In this document: piece by piece, positions 31,812-52,450 of the stretch
Layout: each line of letters opens with the position of its first letter
Position numbering within the stretch: position 1 is the first letter of the stretch
Assembly: GCF_009914755.1 (NCBI RefSeq)
Contig: NC_060926.1
Source: the human T2T-CHM13v2.0 reference genome, Homo sapiens
Strand: one strand, 5' to 3'
Length of the DNA: 64,000 nt
Made by a program: the position numbers and the translations under genes
Notes under the pieces: generated by a model
What the model was told of the DNA's origin: nothing
Seen by the model: only the letters and a program-made list of their open reading frames with translations
Databases searched by the model: none

Positions 31812-32616
31812 CTGTAAAGAAAGGAGAAAAGAGTATTTTAAAATCAAGCAAGCTGATAATTCCTCTCCATCCACAGCATAGTACAATAACTTACCTACTT
31901 AATAATTACAGGGAAAAAGACTAGACGGAAAAACACTGAGAGAATATAGAGGCTTTATCTTTTCAATAAGAAAGTTTCAACCTCTCCTCCTGACAGATGT
32001 CATTCAAACAGTTATCTATTCTGATCAGATTTGAAGCAAGAAGACATGAGCCATAATACAGAAGCTTACATAATGTATCAAGATTGCCAACTAGCCTAAG
32101 ACAGGCCTGATTTTAAATTTAGTTCTACACAATGAAAACAATTACATCACTAAGCAATTCTTGGCAGCATTTCTTATTTTTTGATTTTTGTTCTTAAATG
32201 GCACTTAAAGTGGTATTGGCTGATATCACACTATCTCACGAGCATCCCAGTGTGCAAAGCGTTCCTTCATAGGTTATCTGGTCCATCTCCTACCTCTGGA
32301 CGAGTTACACTTGAACCATCTCAAAGAATTATATAATAAGAACTGATAATTCACAAATAGGACATTTAGTAATCAAAGAAATGCATGTAGTCTAAAAATA
32401 AAATACTGTATTTTAATTTTCTCTATTTTGTAAGGGTCTATTATATGAAGTAGTTATGTTATTTTGATAATTGAAAATTATTTTTTAAAGTTTATCTGAG
32501 GAATATGTTCTGAGAGGTTTTTTGGTTTTCTTTTTTTTTTTCTGGTGGACACTGAGGTTTCATGTTCTGAGACATTAATGTAGGCATTTATCCACTTTGG
32601 TCAGTCAGGTATGTTA

Positions 32617-33031
<415 letters not shown>

Positions 33032-33239
33032 CTATTGGAGCACTCAGGCCTCAGAGTAATGTGAATGATTCATCTCTTCCCCTCACACCTGCAAATATTT
33101 AGCTCAAGATCCAAATTCAGGTGACCTAGCTACCACACTTCTGGAAAGCAGCAACTAAGTTTTTCCCGGATGCCTGAATAAAACCTTTGCCAAAAATTTA
33201 AAGAAATGGCCCCAAAACAAAACCAGAAAAAACCATTAC

Positions 33240-33376
33240 AGCGAACAGGCCAATGATGAGAAGTAAACACAGCAACACATGTCGGGTCAGTTGCTGGTCT
33301 CCACTCTGTAGATACTGTTCTTCTTCCTGGGCTAATATGCAGCTCTGGGAGTTACAGCGACTCACACAATGATTGT
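33240..33376 (-). CDS. GPR155: GPR155 exon 12, 137 bp (NNHCVSRCNSQSCILAQEEEQYLQSGDQQLTRHVLLCLLLIIGLFA)
   Basis: ttatag| acceptor and |gtaatg donor; frame consistent. Confidence 0.95.
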
Positions 33377-33969
33377 CTATAAAAGAGTAAGCACAACAAT
33401 TTGTAATCAGAGCTTTTTATCTAAATGCATTTTAAATTTGTAATGACTTCCTAAGAGAAACAACAGAAAAGCACATTCAGCTAAGAATCAGTATATTATT
33501 TTAGATGAAATTGGAAGAAAGCTCCTTCATGTTGCTTTAGAAGAATTCTAGCTGAAATGTTTTTATCTCAAAAAACATAAGTAGAATACAATAGTTCCCT
33601 TTTACACTATTCAACAATGTTTTATATATATAATTATCTAACATAAGTTATATAATTTGGTCTTTAAAAATTATACATAATTTGCCTGGGTGCGGTGGCT
33701 CATGCCTGTAATCCCAGCACTTTGGGATGCCGAGGCAGGCAGATTACTTGAGATTAGGAGTTCAAGACCAGCCTGGCCAACACGGTGAAACCTCATCCCT
33801 ACTAAAAATACAAAAATTAACTAGGTGTGGTGGCGGGCACCCGTAATTCCAGCTACTTGGAAGGCTGAGGCAGGAGAATCGCTTGAACCCAGGAGGCAGA
33901 GGTTGTGGTGAGCCAAGACTGCACCACAGAGTAAGACTCTGTCTCAAAAAAAATTAAAAAAAATAATAA

Positions 33970-34520
33970 AAAATTATATATAATTTTTATATAATTAATA
34001 TAATTAAGTATAAATTATATATAATTTTTATTTTATATATTAGTTATATAAATAATATATACACATTACATATATAATTATATAACAATTATATATTATG
34101 TTATAAATGTATATTATATATCAGTATATATTATAATCATATAAATTTATATATAATTATATATGTAATTTGTGCATATTATATAAATTACAAATTAATA
34201 TATAAGCATATATAAATAAAAATTTTATATTTAATTATATTTATAATTTACATATATAAATTATATATTAAATATATAATATATATTAGATATTATATAT
34301 ATCCTAAGTGAATTAACACAGGAACAGAAAACCAAGTACTGCATGTGCTTACTTATAAGTGGGAGCTAAATATCAGATACTCATGGACATAAAGATGGCA
34401 ACAATAGGAACTGGGGACTACTAGAGGTGAGGAGGGAGGAAGGGGGACAAAGGTTGAAAAAGTATATAATATATATTTTTATTTTTATATTGTATATATT
34501 AAAATTATATACATATAATT
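33970..34520. repeat. Degenerate (TA)n/AT-rich tract interrupted at 34301-34461
   Basis: Nearly pure A/T with TATA periodicity. Confidence 0.9.
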
Positions 34521-34654
34521 TTAAAGGCCGAATTAATAACTCAAGTTTTATCACTGATAAATCTACATATTAGTCATGAATACCCTATTTTGGCTAACTG
34601 TGAAACAAATTATTATTATCTCTTAACCTCTCATTAAAGAGTTTACAATTTGCC

Positions 34655-37115
<2,461 letters not shown>

Positions 37116-37515
37116 TTTGCCTTAGGAAACACCTTTGAGGAACCATAAAAGTATTATATGCCATGTTTTGTTCACATATGGATACAAACACAAGTCACAG
37201 GCATGACTCTTTTCTGGCCAAAAATAGAGGTGAGGGACTTTTCACAGGAAGCCTTTGTTTTTCTACCTTAGCTCCATTCTATATATGGGAGCAAAAGCAA
37301 AGAAAAACATTTTTTTTACAAAATAGATGTCTAGTCCAACATATAGTCTTATACAAGTCAGTGATTAAAAACCACAATTCTATAGCTCTTGCCCTCAAGC
37401 TAAAAGAAAAAATTTGTATTTCCTAAAACCACATTTTAGAAAAGGCCATGTATACCCATTAAACATGGTCTAGCACAATTGCTGATGGCATGGGGGAAGG
37501 TTCATAATGTTGCTA

Positions 37516-38023
<508 letters not shown>

Positions 38024-39257
38024 TCAACAATCTAAATGTGATACTTATTTTTGCCTTTGTACTATGCCAAGGGGTAGAGAATAAATTATATTGTCAACTC
38101 TAAAAATTCTAATTTGCCCATGGTTTAATTTCCTTCAGGCTTTATTTTAGGCTTAGGGATGGCACTAAATTGTATGATTAGATGAAGTCCCTATATAATG
38201 GCTCTCATTCTATATAATTTTTATAAAATATGATCAGAAAATCCAAGCCCCTACAATTTAAGAGAATTTTCAACGATCAACTTTTTGTTTGTTTATTTTT
38301 GAGACAGGGTCTTGCTCTGTTGCTCAGACATGATCATGGCCTATTGCAGCTGCAACCTCCTGGGCTCAAGTGATCCTCCCACCTCAGCCTCCTGGGTAGC
38401 TGGGATTACAGGCATGAGCCACTGCATTCAGCTAATTTTTTTGATTCTTTGTAGAGATAGGGTCTGGCTATGTTGCCCAGGCTGGTCTTGAACTCCTGGG
38501 CTCAAGCACGATCCTCTTGCCTTTGCCTCCCAAAGTGGTGGGATTACAGGAGTGAGCCACCACGCTCAGCCGAGAATCAACATTATTAATGAAGAAAATG
38601 ACAGATAAGCAAAGCCTAAGGAGATTTGGGGAGGGAAAAAGAAATTTGCCAAATCAGATTACATGTTGAATTTGTTAATGGATTTTACTACTAGGTATAT
38701 TGTGTAGGGAGATAACAATAAGGAGGAAAACCTTGGGAATTCTGATGTAAAGAGACGATTTTAGAAAAAAAGCAGACAGATAAAACAAAGACAGTGTAAC
38801 TGCCAGAAAGGGTTTCTTGTAAAAGAAAAAAAAGTCAATGAATGTTTCATATCTGATATGTTTTCACTACTTTTTATGGAAATGTGAATTCTATTATTAT
38901 TTAAGATTCATTCCTTGCCAGCAGATAGCCAAATATAAATCCCATCTGAATAACAATAATTACTACTGCTACTACATATTTTAATGACCATTTACTATGT
39001 ATACCACATACTGTGCTAAGTGATTTGCATACATTGTTTTCTATAATCCTTACATTTCTTATATAAAAACATAATGCCTTTAGCAATAATACAGTTGACA
39101 TAGGCCTTATCAAAAAGAGCATTTTTGGGGGTTTCCCTTTTTAGTTTGATTATAAATAAGTATAATCAACGAAAAATGCACTGCAATTCCACATAAGTAT
39201 GTTCGGTTGTTTTGAATAATTTGAAATTTAGGCCACAAATGTAATTCAGCCTCTTAG

Positions 39258-39509
<252 letters not shown>

Positions 39510-40001
39510 TGATCCACCCGCCTCGGCCTCCCAAAGTGCTGGGATTACAGGCGTGAGCCACCTTGTCTGGCCAAGAGGTTATTACTTTTAAAGGTGTTTG
39601 TTCCTTATTTTATAAGAATGGCCATATTTAAAGCATAAAGATTCAAAATATAATTAAGAACTAATTAATTAGTCCTGGTCCTAGGGGATGAGAATGGGGG
39701 AAAAGTCTGTTTCTAAAACAAGAAAAAAGCTTCCCTCTCTCCACCTCCCACCAAAATGCCCTTTAGGGCAAACTTCCTGGATTTGTCACTTGGGTTAAAT
39801 TTATTGGAAAATGTGTGTATGACACTACCTATTATCACTTTGTGAGAACTTTATTTTTTAAAGTGAGTATTCTGTCTATGCACAATTATTCCCTATTAGC
39901 ACTTCTTTGCTCTTAATTGAGGATCTATATTCTTGATGTTTGTAACTTCTATAGATATTCTATGTAGAGTTCTTTTGAGGGATAAGAATAAGGAATCTTC
40001 T

Positions 40002-40327
<326 letters not shown>

Positions 40328-40360
40328 TTAATCCCATCCTCATAGTCCAGAGGCACTTAC

Positions 40361-40465
40361 TTTTCTCAAACGAAGGAATCACAGGCTCACTGGTGCTTGT
40401 GTTTGCTATTGGCTCTATTGATGGGCAGTGTAATTCACCATTTCCCATGGAGCAGGAGCAGCAAC
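40361..40465 (-). CDS. GPR155: GPR155 exon 11, 105 bp (SCCSCSMGNGELHCPSIEPIANTSTSEPVIPSFEK); Cys-rich LED
   Basis: atatag| acceptor and |gtaagt donor; phase 1-1. Confidence 0.95.
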
Positions 40466-40645
40466 CTATATCAATCAAATAGTATGTGAGAGTAGAGCCC
40501 AACCACAACAGAAATGGACAATTTTAAGAAATGCCAAAGAAAACAAAACAAAATCCACTCACACACACTTCCCATGTAGCCTCAATAGTTTTCACATGGT
40601 ATCTATCCAAAAGTATTCAAATGTTCTCACTCATATACAAAATAA

Positions 40646-40888
<243 letters not shown>

Positions 40889-41246
40889 TAGCTGGGATTA
40901 CAGGCACCTGCCACCAGGCCCAGCTAATTTTTGAATTTTTAGTAGAGACAGGGTTTCACCATGCTGGCCAGGCTGGTCTAGAACTCCCGACCTCAGGCGA
41001 TCTGCCCGCCTCGGCCTCCCAAAGTGTTGGGATTACAAGTGTGAGCCACCATGCCCAGCCGAGGCTAGGAACCTAAGATCAGCCTGGGTAATACAGCAAG
41101 ACTCTGTCTTTACAAAAAGCTTTTTAAAAAATAGCTGGGCATGCTGGCATATGGCTATAGTACAGCTTCTTGGGAGGATGAGGTGGGAGGACTGCTTGAG
41201 TCCAGGAGTTTGAGATTACAGGGAGCAGTCACGCTCCAGCCTGGGG

Positions 41247-41570
41247 AAAGAAGGAAGGAAGGAAGGAAGGAGGGAGGGAAGAAGGGAAGGAGGGAAGGAG
41301 GGAGGGAGGGAAGGAAGGGAAAGGAAGGAAAGGAAAGGAAGGGAAGAAAGGGAAGGGAAGGAAGGAAAAGGAAGGAAAGGAGAGGAAGGAAGGGAAAGGA
41401 AGGAAAGGGAAGGAAAGGGAAGGAAGGGAAGGGAAGGAAGGGAAAGGAAGGAAAGGGAAAGGGAAGGAAGGGAAGGGAAGGAAGGGAAAGGAAGGAAAAG
41501 AAAGGAAGGAAAAGGAAGGAAGGGAAGGAAGGGAAAGGAAGGAAGAGAAGGAAGGGAAAGGAAGGAAGGA
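41247..41570 (+). repeat. Pure-purine (GGAA/GGGAA/GGAAA)n compound microsatellite at an Alu tail
   Basis: About 320 bp of only G and A. Confidence 0.95.
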
Positions 41571-42509
41571 TGAGTAGTGGGTACCGGATACTTGGGCAGG
41601 TAGGGGGTGGCAGGGATGGGGTCAACAGGTACAAAGTTACATTAGAATAAGTTCTAGTGCCCTATCATACAGTATGGTGGCTATAGTCAACAAAGATACT
41701 GTACATCTCAAAATAGAAGAGAGGATTTTGTATGTTCCTACAACAAAGAAATTATACATTTTGAAGTGATAGATATGCTAATTACCCTGATTTGATCATT
41801 ACACAATGATCTCCAGCCTGGGCAACAGAGCGAGACTCCATCTCAAAAAAATAAAAATAAAAATAACAACAACAACAACAACAAAAACACAAACAAATGA
41901 CCAAACAGAGAAATTAGTGAGCTTCGGTTTTAAAGGCCCTGAAGAGAAGTGATAACATGAGTGCCGAGTGCTGGACGGACCAAAGAATGGAAGGTTCACT
42001 GGGTAGCTCAGGCAGCTGCAGGGAGAGGTGGCAGAATAGGCTCGGAGAGGGATATGGCTGGCAGTGGAAGGGCTTGGGCACTACGTGCAGCGCTTTGGGC
42101 ATCACGGGCACTGCAAGGCCCTTGCAGCCTCTGAAGCAGGAGCCTGATGTGGCCAGAACTCCGTGAGGAAGGTTAATTTGGCCATTTCCCTTATAAAACA
42201 GACTGGACCAGAGTGACAAGAAACAGGAAGTTCAGTTAGGAGGGAATTACAAGAATCCAGCAGAGAGACTGGAGGCCCAAGTCGGGAGATGGGAGGTCAG
42301 GGGGAGGAGGGGGACCCTGCAGAGGGAGAACTCCACGCCCTGAATGGCTAATTCACCTCAAGGGGAAACAGCAGAGATGTTGCTGAGCTGGGAAGTTCTA
42401 AAGAATGATGGAACCACTAAAAGAAAGATAATTGTTTGTTTAAAAAGCTCCAGTACCTTTGACAAAGAGAACAAGTGCTGTCCACGTATTCAGAAAGAGA
42501 CGTAAATAA

Positions 42510-42745
<236 letters not shown>

Positions 42746-43683
42746 TGATCTGCTTGCCTTGGCTTCCCAAAGTTCTGGGATTACAGGTGTGAGCCACCAC
42801 ACCTGGCTGAGATATAAATAATATATGTGTAGACAGCAGGAAATCTGGGATTGGATCTGTATAAAGGGGTCAGGTTAGAGATGCAACATTAGGAACAAAG
42901 TACAAAGGGTTCACATTAAAGCCATGGGAACTTACCTATTTCCTGTGACCCAGGAATTACCATCCTAGGTATAATTTTTTTTTTTTTTTGAGACAGTGTC
43001 TCTCTCCGTTTCCCAGGCCAGAGTGCAGTGGTGCACTCTTGGCTCACTGCAGCCTCTGCTTTCCAGGCTCTGGTGATCCTCCCACCTCAGCCTCCTGAGT
43101 AGCTCGGACTATAGGCACATGCTACCATGCCTAGCTAATTTTTTATTTTTTGTAGAGATGGGTTTTGCCATGTTGCCCAGGCTGGTCTCCAACTCCTGAG
43201 CTTAGGCAATTCACCTGCCTCAGCCTCCCAAAGTGCTAGAATTACAGGTGTGAAACACTGCACTCAGCAACATCCTAGGTATAATCTTGATGTATCTTGA
43301 TGTATACTCAAGGAGATGTGAATAAAGCTGTTCATTACAGCATTGTTTCTAATAGCAAAATATTTTAAAGCAACTTAATCCATCAATAAGGAAATTAATA
43401 AATAAAATTTGGTATATGCATATCATTGATTACATCTACAAAATGAATTCAAAAATATTGAGTGCAAGAAGACAACTACAGTATAAGATTTATATAAAAA
43501 TGTAAAAGCATATAAAAATACTATATATTGTTGATGGAAAACCACACATATTGTAAAAGTATAGTAAAATTGTGCTCTGGAAGGATACAATCCAAATTCA
43601 TAATAGTGGTTACTTCTGGAGTTAACAGGAATGAAAGATTCTAACAAACATTCTGACTTTATTGGTAAGTTTTATTTCTTTTA

Positions 43684-44327
<644 letters not shown>

Positions 44328-45292
44328 TAGCCAGGCTGATCTCAAACTCCTGACCTTGTGATCCGCCCACCTCAGCCTCCCAAAGTTCTGGGATTAGAGG
44401 TGTGAGCCACCGCACCAGGCCTTGACTTTTTTTTTAAAGACAGGATCACGTCTATTGCCCAGGCTGGATTGCTGTGGCGTGACCATGGCTCACTGCAGCT
44501 TCGACCTCCTGGGCTCAAGCAATCCTCCTGCCTCAGCCTCCTGAGTAGCTAGGACTACAGGTGTGTACCACCACATCCAGCTAATTTTTTATTTTTTGTA
44601 GAGTCAGGGTCTCACTATGTTGCCCAGGCTGGTCTTGAACTCCTGGGCTCAAGCAATCCTTCCAAAGTGCTGGGGTTACAGGTGTGAGCAACCATACCCA
44701 GCTTTGTCCTAGACTTTTAAAAGCCAGATGCAAAAATTCAGGATTGGAGAGAAACTGTTCAGTAATGTACTCGGGGTGGGAGGCAGGTTTTTAGTTGCTC
44801 ATAAATTCAAGATGAAATCATCAGAATAAGTTAATGCAATGTTAGGCAGAATTAAAAGTTTCTTTTCTAAGTAAGGACAGGAATGATTCTCTTATTCTTC
44901 ACTCAGTCAACAAGCATTCATCAAATATTGAATGCTCACTGTGTCCTAGGACCATGGTAACTGGAATGTTATATTCAGATCTAAGCATCCCATTTTAAGA
45001 GGTACACTGAGAAACTAAAATGAATCCTTGGTGTCTCATGCATCTCAAACTTAGAAGGGTCAAATTGAACTCATTATCTTCCCCTACATATTCTGTTCTC
45101 TGTGAATTCTTCTTAGGTAATACCCACAATTATACATTCACTTAAACTAGATTTCTGGAAGTTGTTCTCAGTTTCTCTCTTAGCCCTCACCCAGCTTCTA
45201 ATCAAGTACCAAACCCTGTCAATACAACTTTGCCTGAGTTTGGCCTCTCCTGTTTATCCAATACCTACTGCCTTAGTATAGGCCCCAAAGAC

Positions 45293-45855
<563 letters not shown>

Positions 45856-46238
45856 AACTGACTTACATCATTAATCTGGCTTTAAACAGGCCTCCTTTAG
45901 TTCATATTATTGATGGTGCTTGCCTGATACAATATTGTTAAATTAACTTATGTATGTGCTTCGTTTCCTAGTTAGGGCCTTCCTTCAGTTGTTACTTTTT
46001 TCTATATTCTCACGTCCAGGGAAGTTTTAGGATTTAACAAAAGTGTATACTCACAATAAGACTTATAAACAAAAATCTAATGAATAATTTTACAAGCAAG
46101 TTTGTTGACTATGATTCAAATTCTTCATTTGACAAGCACTCATGATATTCAAACTAGTTCAAGGAAGTTTCCCATAAACAAAACATTTAGGATACATGCT
46201 ATAAAGGCATGTAGCAGTTTCTTTATATTTAAAGATCA

Positions 46239-46533
<295 letters not shown>

Positions 46534-46544
46534 AAAGATCATAC

Positions 46545-47128
<584 letters not shown>

Positions 47129-48068
47129 ATCTTAGGGCACGTTTTTGATGGACAATATATCTCCACAGTTTTAAATACTCTAGAACAGTAGCTCTTTTAA
47201 AAAGGTAAGTGTATATAAGGAATGTAAGTTACTTGGAGAGAAATTAGGGTTTGCTTGTAATTACACAAGGTTTTAGATGCTTCTTTCATGTATAACAATT
47301 GGTTACCAACACAGCCACTGGTTTCCTTTACAAGGAATCTAAATGATTTCTCTCCGATGTTTTCTTTACTCCTGTTTCTGCTCACTTTCACGTATAATTC
47401 ACGCATACTTCAGTCACTAAGATGTTTTTATGGTAATGATATTAAAAATAATTATAGCTAATATTTATTGAGCACTAACCAGATGCCAAGACTACTCTAA
47501 ATCTTTTATATGTATAATCTTATTTATTCTCACAAAAACACAATAAAATCCAAAATTGCAAAACAGAAAAAAAGAGTAAGAAATCAAAATTATGTGGAGA
47601 GGCTTTTTAAAAACACATCTTTGGACTCCACTCCTAAAGAATTCTGCAGGTCCCACAAGCCACCTACTCTATAGCTTTTCAAGAATATTTTTCCTAGATA
47701 CGTTTTGTCCTGAAATTTATATTTATGATAGGATTAAGAGTCAAGAATTTGACCTTTATTATTACTGCTAACTTATTAAATGGTTTTAAATTAATCACTC
47801 TTTTCTCCAGCACAGGAAACACAATTCCTAAGTGTGATTAAGAACATTCAATAAGTTTTAAGCATTTAGAAATCTTCAGCTAAAAATGGACTTAGACATG
47901 TAAAATGTTCATGTTCTAGATGAGACAAAGTGATATAGGATCACCAATCTGATATGCAATAAATTGAAATAGATTTTCAAAGTTAATTTTAATATAAGTC
48001 TAGCAAGGCACATAACGAGCTAAAAAGAGACATTCTCAAGAACAGAACTGCCAGTAAACTCTTCCCAC

Positions 48069-48159
48069 CTGTTCTTTTCCATAAAAGAAGGCTGAGTCAA
48101 TGCTATCTCCATTGTGTTTTCCAGTTATCAAAAGAACACCAACAAGGAGAGCAGGAATT
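48069..48159 (-). CDS. GPR155: GPR155 exon 9, 91 bp (IPALLVGVLLITGKHNGDSIDSAFFYGKEQ)
   Basis: ttacag| acceptor and |gtggga donor; separated from exon 8 by a 95-bp intron. Confidence 0.95.
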
Positions 48160-48254
48160 CTGTAATCACAAGTGATATTGGGAGAGAAAAAGAAAGGGTG
48201 AATAGTAACTGTCTATATGGAAAGGTGTAAGCAAACAGAGAACTACCAACTTAC

Positions 48255-48339
48255 CCCCAGCCAGATATTATGATTATTCCAACAGGAATTTGTACCCTCT
48301 CTCGCTTTTTCAAAAGAAACAAAGAAATTGCTAGAAGGC
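48255..48339 (-). CDS. GPR155: GPR155 exon 8, 85 bp (GLLAISLFLLKKRERVQIPVGIIIISGWG)
   Basis: tcttag| acceptor and |gtaagt donor; start of the class-B-GPCR-like GWGIP motif. Confidence 0.95.
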
Positions 48340-48773
48340 CTAAGAATAAGAAGATTGAAAGAGAGACAGTTACTCAACATTGATCAGACTTTATGAAACT
48401 TTATTTCCTTTTTATTTTTTTAAACCAAGCTTATTTCATAGTAGTGTGTGGTTTTTGCTTTAGAATTTCTTCCTTCTAAATAAATGCTATCCTCAATATT
48501 TTGAAACAAGTTTTAATTCAAAATCATTCATTGTTTCCCTCATATATTGTTTCTTTACTCAATTCTTTTTATCTGTGAGGATTTATTTTATTTTCTCTCT
48601 GGTTTTTGTTGTTTGTTTTTTGGATAGGGTCTCACTCTGTTGCCCAGGCTGGAGTGCAGAGGTGTGATCACAGCTCCCTGCAGCCTTGACCTCCAGGGTT
48701 CAAGTGATCCTTCCACCTCAGCCTCCTGAGTAGCTGGGACCACAGCCACATGCCACCATGCCTGGCTAAATAA

Positions 48774-48926
<153 letters not shown>

Positions 48927-48998
48927 TAATCATTTTATTGTTTTGATTCATGTGTTTGGAATCTAAGTATAACTGAAAAACATTTTTTTTTTCTTTAG

Positions 48999-49288
<290 letters not shown>

Positions 49289-51914
49289 TAATTGAATACA
49301 GGACAATTCTAAAAATAAAAACATCCCCCTCTTCTGGTGCTAAGAAGTATGGGCAACTCTTACCCAGGTTATGTTTTTAGAAAACGCCCTAAGTGTAATG
49401 ATAGCACTTAATACAAACACACTCTGAATTTAATACAAACACAAATGTTTTGAAGTTCTTGAACTTTCCTTACAACTTATATGTAATTATGTATGCAAGT
49501 AACATTTTATTTAATAAATTCTACATAGTTATAGGATCTTAGAACTTTAAAGTTGAAAGGGACCTCTATTTTTAAATGAGCACCTTAGATGTGGAAATGA
49601 GGGTTTGCCCAAGTCATACAGCCAGCAGAGGGCAGAGTGAGACTAGAAACCTGGCCTTTTGACACAAGCTAAATTCTTTGTTTCTTGAATCAGTTTCTCA
49701 AACTCAGATTTGTGGACCCCTAGGGTACCTAAGACATATTCTTCAGGATCTGGGAATTTCTATGAGAAATTTTAAGTCTTTTTTTTTTCTTTCTTTTTTT
49801 TTTTCAGTGGTAGTCAGCTGTGTATCCACCTTGCAACCAACATGCAGTCTCATGATTTCAGAATTTACATTGGGTTTATTTTTATTTTATTTTAGAGATG
49901 GGGGTCTCACTTTGTTAACCAGGTTGGGGTACAGTAGCACAATTACTGCTCAAAATTCTGGGCTCAAGGGATCCTCCTGCCTCAGCCTCCTGAGTAGCTG
50001 GGACTACAGGCATGTACCAGCATGCAAAGCTAATTTTCAAATTTTTTATAGAGAGAGGGTCTTACTATATTGCCCAGGCTAGTCTCGAACTACTGGCCTC
50101 AAGCGATCCTCCTGCCTGGATCTCCCAAAGTGTTGGGATTACAGGCATGAGCCACTGTGCCTGGCCAGAGCTTACAATGGGTTTTATATTAAGTTTGAGT
50201 CAAGTGAAGGCCAAATGATATTACAACGCACAGTCCAAATGAAATGGTAGTTTGAAGAAAGAATATCAGTGAGATAACAAGGTCAAAACCCCACATATGG
50301 AAGTAAAGGCAAGGCAAAAAAGCCATAGCAGTGAGTTCCATTTTATGTTTCAAGCTATGATTTACATTAGCAAAACAAGATCCTTTGTCATGTTAATTAA
50401 TGTTGCTAATTAGAATTACTGGGTTTGTAGTTTTGTTTGAATAGAATCTGTGAATTTGCTTTGGTTTTAGAATTGCATATTAGCTGTATATAAAGAATAC
50501 ATACCTAGATTTAAGATTGTCCAGATTAAATAACACTGTGCTAGATTTAATATAAATTGACATTGAGGTCCTTGAGAATTGGTTTTCTTTACCACTTTTC
50601 CTCCCTCAATCCATTTGTACACTGTGTAGTTGCAGTGCCAGGGAAACAAGTAACCAATCACAAAAGGGTGCCATCTTTGTTACAGTAGCAAAGGCAGTCT
50701 TTAAAATTCTAATGTGCATCACTCCTGCCTTGTGAAAAGAACTATATACAAACAGGCAGAATCCAGCTAGCCCTGGATGTCTCACTGAAGCTGTGAGAGC
50801 TCCTGCCTAAATCAGTCTATCTTTTTGGGCCTATTTCTCAGTTTGCAAAATGAAGGATTTAAATTAGACCAGTGTTTCCTAAGGTGTAGAGATTATAGGT
50901 GTCACAAAGGTGAAAATGTTTTGACTAGTTATATGTTTATTTTAATGCATATTTGAAAAAAACTAATTAGCAAATGAAACCTGGGATTTTACTGATATAA
51001 GGCTCAACTGATTAAAGTTTAAAAAAAGTAAATCAATTTTAAGGAAAAAAGAACAAGTAGTATGCAGATATGGCAAAAATTGTGAGGATGGTATGAAAAT
51101 GAGTAGAACTAAAAATGATCGAATGGGATGACTTAAAATGACATTTTCAGATCTAAAATTCTGTCATAGCATAATAACCTGATGGTTAAAGGGCACCTTT
51201 ATTGGGTTTTGGGAATTCAGAATGACTTCTTTGAATAGACTTTGGCGTGCATGCTTGAAGGGGGTTTCAGAGAGACTTAGGACATTTTAATTGATTGATC
51301 TAGTTGCTGCTCTGTTATTCTGATTATAAAGTTAACCTGAGTAAGCCTAGTTATTAGACATCAAGTTGGTCCATCGATATTTTGAAATATAAAGTCTTTA
51401 GGCTCTTTTAATTTGACATTGCATAAAAACTCATGCTATGCAAGATGTAGTTGCCTTTAAGAAGCACAAACCATCTTCTGTTTGTGCTGAATTTTTCATT
51501 CCATGATTCCTCACCACATTGTTGCTTCACTTCAAAAGGCTGTTGACTGAGATGGGACCTGCTTTTGATCCTGAAGGCATGAAATCAAAGGTCCGTCCTT
51601 TGTGGACACTTCCTGACACCTGCCTCCTACCATTCTACTATTTCCTTTCATGTGCCATTTTATAGGTTCAAATTTGTAGGATGAATACAAAACAGCCAGA
51701 CAGAATTTTTCACAAACATACCAGAATGCATGCATCCACATAAATATTATACTTCAAAATAGCAATGTGCTACAACATTTTGAATATCCTTTTTGGAGCC
51801 AGCTGAAATGAGAAACAGTCTTTCTCACTGGGTCCTTTTCTATTTCCATGCCTTTTTATTCCCCTAGTTTTCTTCTTCTCTTATTACCTCTAATTCTTCT
51901 ATTTAATAACTAAC

Positions 51915-52110
51915 ATAGTTCTATTTATTTAGTGCCTACCATGTACCAGACATAAATACTCAACATTTCAGTTTGTCCTCAAAGTAACTCTGTAAGGTGC
52001 TGTAACCTAGTTTTACAAATGAGGAAACTGAGGCTTCAAAAGTTAAGTAATTTGCATGAGGCAGAGCCAGAATTTCCCTGTTCAGCAGGACTCGATAGTG
52101 AGCTCTGGAA
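51915..52110. mobile_element. MIR remnant (similar ones near 11530-11690, 22620-22720, 30520-30650, 49540-49660, 55190-55390)
   Basis: MIR core TTTTACAAATGAGGAAACTGAGGCT...AAGTAATTTGC. Confidence 0.65.
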
Positions 52111-52450
52111 CACACCTCACGCATCTTTCCCATTCCCGCCTTTCTCCATCTGCCTTCAGTATCTTCCCTCTTGTCTCCAAAAGGGAGCAGCACTGACAGC
52201 AGCCTAGAGCCACAGGCCCTGGGGAAAAGGACCATGTGACTGGACAAGGCTCTAAGCCCAGGCAGGAATAGAGTACATTAGGAAACAGAACTCAGCTTTG
52301 CCGATGGCCTCTGTGGGTGGGCTGATCTGCCTCAGTGCATGCCTTGATCCTGTACTACCAGACTTCAAATAGATCACTAGAAGCTCAGGGCTATTAGGAA
52401 TGGGGTGGGGTGGGGAACAGATCTCAATTTCCATTCATAATCCAACTCAC

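Noticed and set aside
41141-41650. 169-aa G/K/R/E-rich ORF and the antisense 159-aa P/F/L/S ORF
   Set aside because: Stop-free only because of the polypurine microsatellite.
41930-42400. GC-richer patch with several CpGs
   Set aside because: Too short and CpG-poor for an island; resembles old L2-derived sequence.
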